Of a DNA stretch of 64,000 nt, positions 57,555 through 64,000 are shown in pieces. Location: assembly GCA_050309605.1 (NCBI GenBank), contig JBNRMN010000067.1, forward strand, positions 96,001-160,000. The letters are read 5' to 3'. The position numbers were made by a program, and so were the translations under genes. Position 1 is the stretch's first letter. Every line of letters starts with the position of its first letter. Under the pieces are notes generated by a model, which saw only the letters and a program-made list of their open reading frames with translations, was not told the DNA's origin and made no database searches. Source of the stretch: Anaerohalosphaeraceae bacterium. GTDB lineage: Bacteria > Planctomycetota > Phycisphaerae > Sedimentisphaerales > Anaerohalosphaeraceae.

Positions 57555-57809
57555 AGGTATTATGACCTAAAAAAACTTGAAGTTCTTGACCATTTTAAGG
57601 TGTGTGTGCAATTTGAGGACGGCACATCCGGAGAAGTGGATTTGGGCGAAATCATTCACGGCGGCGGTGTTTTTGAGGCACTCAAAGATCGTCGGCTTTT
57701 TGAGCAGGCTTATATCGACCCTGATTGGAAAGTACTTTGCTGGCCGGGCGAGATTGATATTGCTCCGGAAACGCTTTATGAATGTTTGAATGCTTCAAAG
57801 AAGACTTAA
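57555..57809 (+). pseudogene. DUF2442 family antitoxin-like gene with probable start-codon loss
   Basis: In frame (AGG)YYDLKKLEVLDHFKVCVQFEDGTSGEVDL...VFEALKD..LFEQAYID....VLCWPGEIDIAPETLY; AGG stands where the ATG is expected. Confidence 0.7.
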
Positions 57810-57847
57810 AAACCCTTTTTTGTCCCCTTTTCTTATTTCTGCGCAAT

Positions 57848-57984
57848 AAAAAAGGGCCGGATTCGAGGGGTCCGGCCCTTGCTGAGATGCAAATCGTATT
57901 TTTAATATATCAACAGGTATAACCTACATCTCAGCACCGAAGAAACACATAGAGCTATAAGAAGAAAAAGAGCAATTATTTCAC
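57848..57984 (-). ncRNA. Candidate small RNA (about 135 nt)
   Basis: TTGAAT-N16-TATAAT promoter (58017-57990), long internal stem TGCTGAGATG/CATCTCAGCA, terminator AAGGGCCGGA/TCCGGCCCTT plus T-tract; no substantial ORF. Confidence 0.55.
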
Positions 57985-58139
57985 TCTTGATTATACGCGA
58001 AATATCGGTCGATTCAAGCAAAAAGTTGAAACTTTTTTCGATTTTTCCAAAAAATACTTGTTTTCAGCACAAAAAACACGGTTTTTTTCATTTAAGCTCC
58101 GACGGATTTTGCGTTTCCTTCGATGGCCGCCCGATGATT

Positions 58140-59063
58140 TCAGGCGAATAGGGCCTCGACAAAGCCGTCCGGATCAAATTCGGCGATATCGTCGGGGGTT
58201 TCTCCCAATCCGACAAACTTGACCGGAATATCGAGCATATCTTTAATGGCGATGACGATCCCGCCACGAGCGGTACCGTCGAGCTTGGCCAGAAAGATGC
58301 CGGTAACCCGGATCGACTCGGTAAAGATTTTGGCCTGCATAATGGCGTTCTGTCCGGTGGTCGCGTCGATGACCAGCAGCACTTCATGAGGGGCGCCGGG
58401 GATTTGTTTGGCCACGACGCTGCGGATTTTGCTCAGCTCTTCCATCAGGTGTTTTTGGGTATGCAGCCGACCGGCTGTATCGACAATCAGGAAATCCGCC
58501 CCGCGCGACACGGCCGCCTGACAGGCGTCATAAGCGACCGCGGCCGGGTCGGCGCCGGATTTGTGTTTGACAATCTGCACGCCCGTGCGTTCGGCCCAGA
58601 TGCTCAATTGCTCGACCGCCGCCGCTCGAAAGGTATCGCAGGCCGCGACGATGACGGATTTGCCATTGCCGCGCAGATTGGCGGCCAGTTTGGCGATACT
58701 GGTGGTCTTGCCGGAGCCGTTGATGCCGGCGACCAGAATCACCGTCGGGCCGGACGGCGCGATGTTGAGCTGACGGTCGCGGTCGGGCCAGTACGATTTC
58801 ATCCGGGTCTTCAGGAACGGAATGATGTCGTCGCTTTGCGTGATCTGACCGGCTTTCCAGGCTGAGCGCAGGTCGTCGATCAGCCGCTCGGTGGTCTCCA
58901 CGCCGATGTCGTCGCTGATCAGCGTTGCCTCCAGGTCGTCCAGTAATTCATTGTCAATCCTTCGTCCCATCGGCAGCACCGCCGCCAGACTGGACGAAAT
59001 CCGTGAGCGCGTCTTGCTCAGGTGGTCTTTCAGGTATTGGACCGTTTTCGTGAAAAAACCCAT
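58140..59063 (-). CDS. ftsY: SRP receptor FtsY (NG domain only)
   Basis: GINGSGKTTSIAKLA, DTFRAAAVEQL, DTAGRLH, DATTGQN, KLDGTARGG. Confidence 0.98.
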   Translation of the reverse strand: MGFFTKTVQYLKDHLSKTRSRISSSLAAVLPMGRRIDNELLDDLEATLISDDIGVETTERLIDDLRSAWKAGQITQSDDIIPFLKTRMKSYWPDRDRQLNIAPSGPTVILVAGINGSGKTTSIAKLAANLRGNGKSVIVAACDTFRAAAVEQLSIWAERTGVQIVKHKSGADPAAVAYDACQAAVSRGADFLIVDTAGRLHTQKHLMEELSKIRSVVAKQIPGAPHEVLLVIDATTGQNAIMQAKIFTESIRVTGIFLAKLDGTARGGIVIAIKDMLDIPVKFVGLGETPDDIAEFDPDGFVEALFA

Positions 59064-59141
59064 CGATATCTCCGCAAAATTATAGTTTGAGAAACCGGTA
59101 TTCTAACGATACCGACGGATTTTTCAAGCCGTATCTGACCC

Positions 59142-60110
59142 TTACAGCGCGTTGATGATGCCCTCGGCGATGGCTGAAGCGATGCGTTCCTGATAGCCGC
59201 CGTCCAGGAGCATCGCCGCTTCGTTGGGGTTGGACAAAAAGCCCGTTTCGACCAGAACCGCGGGACATCGGGTTTGCACCAGCACGCGGTAATCGGCCGA
59301 GCGAAGCCCTTTACTGGGGATGCCGATGTGGGACAGGGTGTTCTCAAGGCTTCGTCCGACTTGCCGGGATGTGTTGCTGGCCGAGCGTGCGACATAGACG
59401 GTAAATCCCTGATGCACGCGGTCGTTGTGTGAGTCGGCGTGGATGCTGACGAATAAATCGGCGTCGGCGCGGTTGGCAATGGCCGCCCGTTCTTCCAGTT
59501 CAACAAAGGTATCGTCGCGGCGGGTCATAATGACCTCCACGCCGCGGCGCTGGAGGATTGAGGCCAATCGCCGAGAAATCTGCAAGACAATGTCTTTTTC
59601 GTGGTGTCCCAAATAGCTGATGGCGCCCGGGTCTTTGCCGCCGTGGCCGGGGTCAATCACAACCCGTCCAATGTTGGTACGGGGCGTCCAAGGGGTTGGT
59701 GACGGCGTCGGCGTCGGTGTCCAGGTGCTTTGGCCGGACTGAAGATAGGGGCGAATCTGCGACAACAGGATTTCAGAGACATAGTAGGTCCCGTTGACAT
59801 CCACCACCGGTCCGACCGAGGCGACCGAGGAGCCGTTGACATACACCTTCCCATTGTCGTACATAAACAGCAAAACACGGTTGGATGCGTTTTTCAGTTC
59901 ATAATAGGGATTGCCCGCCGTAGTGACCGACAACCCCAGTCGGCTGCCCAGATCGTTTACCGAGAGCATATATGACGGCGGGGTGCTGCTCTTTCTGATG
60001 GCCGGGCCGCCGGACGTTTGCGTTGGTTCCTGACAGCCGGCCAGGGCAATTGCCAAAACAGCCCACCCGACACAGCCGATCAACCGGTTCAATGGAATTT
60101 TATTGACCAC
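59142..60110 (-). CDS. N-acetylmuramoyl-L-alanine amidase (Amidase_3) lipoprotein
   Basis: Lipobox ALAGC; VIDPGHGGKDPGA, FVSIHAD, AVLVETGFLSN; GTG start after GAGG. Confidence 0.93.
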   Translation of the reverse strand: MVNKIPLNRLIGCVGWAVLAIALAGCQEPTQTSGGPAIRKSSTPPSYMLSVNDLGSRLGLSVTTAGNPYYELKNASNRVLLFMYDNGKVYVNGSSVASVGPVVDVNGTYYVSEILLSQIRPYLQSGQSTWTPTPTPSPTPWTPRTNIGRVVIDPGHGGKDPGAISYLGHHEKDIVLQISRRLASILQRRGVEVIMTRRDDTFVELEERAAIANRADADLFVSIHADSHNDRVHQGFTVYVARSASNTSRQVGRSLENTLSHIGIPSKGLRSADYRVLVQTRCPAVLVETGFLSNPNEAAMLLDGGYQERIASAIAEGIINAL

Positions 60111-60325
60111 AAAAAACCTCTTAAAATTTGCAGAATTCTTATGCCATCCCCAAGCAGGCCGTATTCAATGATGTCAATGGACGATTTTCTTTGCATCGTC
60201 AAAACACAAGATGATTCTTTAAGTTTCCGCGTGTTTTATCTGAAATCAATCGGCCTTGCAAGCGAAAAACGCCGGAAGGAGCCTTTGTAGAACACACGCA
60301 AAGACAGGTGTTATATGTCCGAATT

Positions 60326-61039
60326 TCAGAAACGTCGTATCAAAGACCATCCGCCTGCCAACAGGAGCACCAGCGTCGTCGGCTCCGGCACAACGTGGAA
60401 CTGAAACACCGCCTGGTGGGTCAGCCGATCGCCTTCGGCTGACAGCGCCGATGCTTCAAAGGTAATCCAGTAGTTGCCGGGCTGCGAAAAGGCAAGGTTG
60501 TAATGGCTGTGGGCGCCGGCCGGGACGGTTACTCGATCGTCGGCTAAGATACCGTCGCTGTCGGCCATAAAAACCACAGGCAATCCGAAACTGACTTTAT
60601 ACACGCTAAAATATCCGGGGCCATCGACTGCTATTAACGTAAGATCAAGTTGGTCGTTCAGGAAGATGCCCGTATCCACCTCTTCGGCCCCGATGCCGAC
60701 AAACGGCGAGGCGAAGGTTTCCGCGTCGGTTCGACTTTGCGGCAGACGCCACGTGTCATCGCCGGCCGCATTGCCCAAAAAATCCCATTCGGCACCCGCA
60801 GGGCGCGCAAAAACAGTGGAATTCGGCACAACGATGATTATCTCGTCGGGTTCGTATTCGGCATCGTGCGACAGGGCGAGGCCGTTGATGGTCGCTCCGG
60901 AATGAGCGTGCAGGTGCAATTCGAGAGCGTCGTGTTCACCCAGCCCGATATCCGCGTGGCCGGCGGTATATTCAACGTGTGCATCAACCGAACCAAGAAA
61001 TAACGCCGTCATAGTGAGCATCAAAACACCGGTTTTCAT
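60326..61039 (-). CDS. PEP-CTERM surface protein with a His-containing TIGR03769/choice-of-anchor-M-like domain
   Basis: Signal peptide; GHADIG, HLHAH, WDFLG..G...W.LPQ, GPGYFSVY, GAHSHYNLAFSQPGNY; VPEPTTLVLLLAGGWSLIRRF. Confidence 0.85.
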   Translation of the reverse strand: MKTGVLMLTMTALFLGSVDAHVEYTAGHADIGLGEHDALELHLHAHSGATINGLALSHDAEYEPDEIIIVVPNSTVFARPAGAEWDFLGNAAGDDTWRLPQSRTDAETFASPFVGIGAEEVDTGIFLNDQLDLTLIAVDGPGYFSVYKVSFGLPVVFMADSDGILADDRVTVPAGAHSHYNLAFSQPGNYWITFEASALSAEGDRLTHQAVFQFHVVPEPTTLVLLLAGGWSLIRRF

Positions 61040-61092
61040 TGAAGGGGTTCCTTTCTATCGAGAGAGTTTGTTTGTTCATAGAGTATATTGGA

Positions 61093-62034
61093 TTACGGAC
61101 ATTCGGATTCAAACGGAGTGCCGCACAGCAGCCACTGCGTTGCCAATTCGCACAGATCGTCCATCGTGACCTGTCCGGATTCGGTGATGTCGGCCCGGCC
61201 GCAGTCCGGCTGCCCGGCACAGGCGTCGCGCAGCCAGTGTGCGGCAAGCAAGGCAAAGTCGGCCCAATCGACCCTGCAATTACCGTTGATATCCGCCGTC
61301 AGCGCCGCATCGCAGCGGACATACGTTGAGATCTGAAGTTCCACCTCATACCGCCCCGGACGGGTAAACGCCCAACTGTTATGCGCGTGTTGACCGGCGG
61401 GAATGTAAAATACGTCCGACTCGGTGATACCGCCGTCGAAGGTGGAAAAGAACACCGTCGGCGCTGTACCGGCCTCCTGCCACATTGCGATATGGCCGTC
61501 TTTGGGACCGCGGACTTCGACAAGATGGACGCGCAGCCAGCGAGCGGGAGTGTTTGCGCTGCGAGTCGGATCATTCGGATCCCACAGACAAAGGGCGTTG
61601 CGTTCGTCGGCGGTCATATCCTGCGAGTCAAATCCCGGCGCCGGCGGCCGTTCCTGATCGTAGTGCCAGAAGGTTTCTCCCGGTACGGCGCCGATGAAGG
61701 CAAACGCCGGCGGCACGGCGCCCTGAAAAGCGAACCGATGTTCGGTCCCCAGCGCGAAGTATGCCTGCTCGGCTTCGATGCGGGTATCGGTCGCCGGGCG
61801 GTCGGTCTTGATGTGCACATCCCATCCGGAAAAACGCAGCGGGATTTCGATGTCCGTATGTGCCGCCGGTATCATCTGCGCCGCGTTCGGGTCGGACGGC
61901 GATGTTTCCACGCCGAAGTGCAGCGTGACGACAGGGCTTTGGCTCAGGACACAGTAATCGCCATAGACGGCCGCATTGCCATATAACGCAACGCACAAAC
62001 AGGACACACGGACAAAAAAGTTCAGCGGTTTCAT
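61093..62034 (-). CDS. Exported TIGR03769/choice-of-anchor-M-like protein with a C-terminal dockerin-like repeat
   Basis: AHTDI, FAFIGAVPGETFW, GQHAHNSWAFTRPGRY; ADINGNCRVDWADFALLAAHWL and ADITESGQVTMDDLCELATQWL. Confidence 0.85.
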   Translation of the reverse strand: MKPLNFFVRVSCLCVALYGNAAVYGDYCVLSQSPVVTLHFGVETSPSDPNAAQMIPAAHTDIEIPLRFSGWDVHIKTDRPATDTRIEAEQAYFALGTEHRFAFQGAVPPAFAFIGAVPGETFWHYDQERPPAPGFDSQDMTADERNALCLWDPNDPTRSANTPARWLRVHLVEVRGPKDGHIAMWQEAGTAPTVFFSTFDGGITESDVFYIPAGQHAHNSWAFTRPGRYEVELQISTYVRCDAALTADINGNCRVDWADFALLAAHWLRDACAGQPDCGRADITESGQVTMDDLCELATQWLLCGTPFESECP

Positions 62035-62047
62035 GGAATCTGTTCCT

Positions 62048-62773
62048 CTATCGGCTTGGTTTTGCAAAATTGAAATTGCGGTCAGACATGTCTTTGACGG
62101 CTTCGGCGGTGATGACCTCGGTGCGGGTATCGGCGTACAGAAACAGCGTAGAGCCGCGGGTGTTGTCTTCGTTGGGGCTGCCGGTTCGATAGCGGTCCGG
62201 CTGGATGTCGGCACGTATGGCGGTCCATCGCTGCTCGGCTTCGTCGGATACGAACCAACTGCGCGAGTGGGTATGATCCGCCCCTGCGTCAATCGCGTTC
62301 CAGCGGTCGGCGGCGACAAAGACGGTTATTGCGGTGTCTTTGCGCCGAAGACGATGGAGGTTATGAAACGATTCGTCGGCGACAAGCTGACCGAATCGAT
62401 ACCACGGCGTCATATAGTCATTCATAATATAGCTGGTGGTGTTGTTTTCAAGCCGTTCTTTGCCCTGCGGATCGGCCGGGCAAATACGGATTTGATCGAC
62501 ATTGGACAGATACGGCGACAGGGTGTAAATCCAGGTCTGCCGCACATCGGAGACGGTATGAGTGGTCAGCGGAAAATCTCCTTCATAGTCGTCGGCGTAA
62601 AGCGTCATCGCGATGCCGATCTGCCGCAGATTGCTCATTGACACAAGGCGTTTGGCCGTTGTTCGCGCAGTGCGCAGGCCGGGCATAACGATGGCCAGCA
62701 GCATCGCAACAATCGCAATCACCACCAGCAATTCAATCAGGGTAAACCCTTTGGAAGGAATTGTCGTACGCAT
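62048..62773 (-). CDS. Prepilin-type N-terminal methylation (DUF1559-like) protein
   Basis: KGFTLIELLVVIAIVAMLLAIVMP, SNLRQIG, CPAD, SYIMN, DHTHS; H-X9-DG degenerate (FLYADT). Confidence 0.92.
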   Translation of the reverse strand: MRTTIPSKGFTLIELLVVIAIVAMLLAIVMPGLRTARTTAKRLVSMSNLRQIGIAMTLYADDYEGDFPLTTHTVSDVRQTWIYTLSPYLSNVDQIRICPADPQGKERLENNTTSYIMNDYMTPWYRFGQLVADESFHNLHRLRRKDTAITVFVAADRWNAIDAGADHTHSRSWFVSDEAEQRWTAIRADIQPDRYRTGSPNEDNTRGSTLFLYADTRTEVITAEAVKDMSDRNFNFAKPSR

Positions 62774-62857
62774 GAGACCTGCTTTCTTTGTGGACAGACG
62801 CATGGTCTGAAAACAAGAATGTCCGTAATCCGTAAAACGAACAGATCGATTGTTGGA

Positions 62858-63214
62858 TTAGGCGACAGGCGGCGCGCGGGCAATCGCGGCGTGCAAGAAA
62901 GCGGTGCGGACTGAAAAAGACCGGCAAGCAGCCTGACCCCCTTGCCCTTCGTCGATTAAACAAATCGGCTGCGGCAGGGAGGAAAAACCGGTGTCAATCA
63001 GTGATTTTAAGAGATGACAGGTGCCGCACCGGGTTGGCGCATGGCTGCCGAGAGGGTCGGGTTGATCATCCTGATTGTGTCGGTCGCACTCGGCGGGCTG
63101 GATATGGCAGGCGGATAAATGCAGCGACAGCAGCACAGAAGGGCTTGCCGTTGTCAAGCACAACAGGCTTACAAGGAGAACGAGCAGCGGGATGTTCAAA
63201 AGCCGTTTGTTCAT
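62858..63214 (-). CDS. DUF2946-like CxxC / C-terminal RAPP protein
   Basis: N-terminal hydrophobic signal, His/Cys-rich middle (HAPTRCGTCH), ends IARAPPVA. Confidence 0.75.
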   Translation of the reverse strand: MNKRLLNIPLLVLLVSLLCLTTASPSVLLSLHLSACHIQPAECDRHNQDDQPDPLGSHAPTRCGTCHLLKSLIDTGFSSLPQPICLIDEGQGGQAACRSFSVRTAFLHAAIARAPPVA

Positions 63215-63216
63215 GG

Positions 63217-63636
63217 TTATTGGCACAGGGCGCAAAGTCCTTCAATTCGAATTTGCTGGCGGTGCATCGTCAGGCCGTCGGGCAGCTTGACCAGCGGGGC
63301 CTCAATGCCGATCAGGCATTCGGTGCGCCGGCAGCGCACGCAGGTAAAATGCGGGTGGCACTGGGTTGCCGTGCAATGATGCGCCGGCTCAAAATGCCAT
63401 TGCCGCTGCTGCACGAACGCCTTGTGGACCAGATTGGTCTTAACCAGGCTCATCAGCGTGCGGTAAATGGTCGTCTTGTCCGGCGCATCATGGCCCAGAC
63501 GTTCGGCGATTTGCTGTTGGGTTAAGGGGCAGCCGGCCTGCAGCAGGGCCGTCATCACCGCCACCCGCGGCGTGGTGATGCGCAGCCGTTTTTGTTTCAG
63601 CATGGCCACGGCCAGAGGGTCAGTGTTGTGTTTCAT
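63217..63636 (-). CDS. Fur family (Zur-like) metal-responsive transcriptional repressor
   Basis: LRITTPRVAV, DKTTIYRTL, HPHFTCVRC, IEGLCALC. Confidence 0.93.
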   Translation of the reverse strand: MKHNTDPLAVAMLKQKRLRITTPRVAVMTALLQAGCPLTQQQIAERLGHDAPDKTTIYRTLMSLVKTNLVHKAFVQQRQWHFEPAHHCTATQCHPHFTCVRCRRTECLIGIEAPLVKLPDGLTMHRQQIRIEGLCALCQ

Positions 63637-64000
63637 GGGGCGGTCTCCTTTGGCTCTGCCGGGTCGTGCTTTCCGCATAGCACACAGCTATGGCGGCCCA
63701 AATGGACGCCGTCGGCACGGAGAAACAGCGTCGGAAACACAATATCGCTCAGACAGCACGGCAGCCAGACGGCCAAAAACAGGACAATAAACATCCCTAA
63801 AAGCAATCCAAAGCTCAACTGGTCGGGGCTGCTGATCAGCATAAAACTGGCTGAGGCCCACGTGCTGACCAGGATATGCCCGGCGTGTGGAATTTTGGTC
63901 AATGGACGGAAATAGGCCAGTACCACGCCCAGCAAGGCGGCCGGAGTGACCAGATACCACTCTTCGATAAACCCCAGATGCAGGTGGGGTTCGTGGCCGT
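63633..64000 (-). CDS. His/Cys-containing integral membrane protein; 5' end outside the window
   Basis: Open frame from the window edge: GHEPHLHLGFIEEWYLVTPAALLGV...TKIPHAGHILVSTWAS...VWLPCCLSDIVFP; stop overlaps the Fur ATG. Confidence 0.7.
   Translation of the reverse strand, partial: GHEPHLHLGFIEEWYLVTPAALLGVVLAYFRPLTKIPHAGHILVSTWASASFMLISSPDQLSFGLLLGMFIVLFLAVWLPCCLSDIVFPTLFLRADGVHLGRHSCVLCGKHDPAEPKETAP

Noticed and set aside
1..64000. CRISPR arrays, tRNA/rRNA genes, transposases, integrases, prophage genes
   Set aside because: I saw no repeat-spacer periodicity, cloverleaf or rRNA signature, or recombinase/phage motifs; by-eye reading could miss degenerate cases

Overview
A 64-kb piece of bacterial chromosome, moderately GC-rich. 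I infer Planctomycetota, probably Phycisphaerae/Sedimentisphaerales, from the DUF1559-type prepilin-like proteins, DFAxxxxxWL dockerin-like modules and a PEP-CTERM protein. Housekeeping genes: porin-pstSCAB-phoU, pyrE, arfB, csp, rpoN, ffs(SRP RNA)-dnaX-recR, ferredoxin, proC, pruA, queA, ftsY, a cell-wall amidase and mscS. Also present: two tandem sigma28-type fliC-fliS cassettes, a soluble HK/HDOD/hybrid-kinase phosphorelay, carbohydrate enzymes (DUF1080, GtaA-like, GH95, GxGYxYP, GH5), a fused EtfB-EtfA with an ETF-QO-like partner, and two decayed toxin-antitoxin pairs. There are two strong candidates for undescribed systems. (1) 37.1-43.4 kb: an ECF sigma/anti-sigma pair converges on an operon for a dockerin-bearing exported protein and an exported C39 peptidase. 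The peptidase carries its own double-glycine leader followed by an 86-aa, 8-Cys C-terminal peptide, and an 18-bp promoter-like motif links the units. (2) 60.3-64 kb: a Fur/Zur regulator and a CxxC...RAPP arrest-peptide-like ORF precede a prepilin-like protein and two His-rich surface proteins. Other signals: an A10 slippery run in dnaX, 11-bp-periodic Pho-box-like arrays, a free-standing sRNA candidate, a VHL-domain S9 peptidase, and a sigma-70 with extra N-terminal HTHs. All family calls come from motif recognition by eye; no database searches were run.
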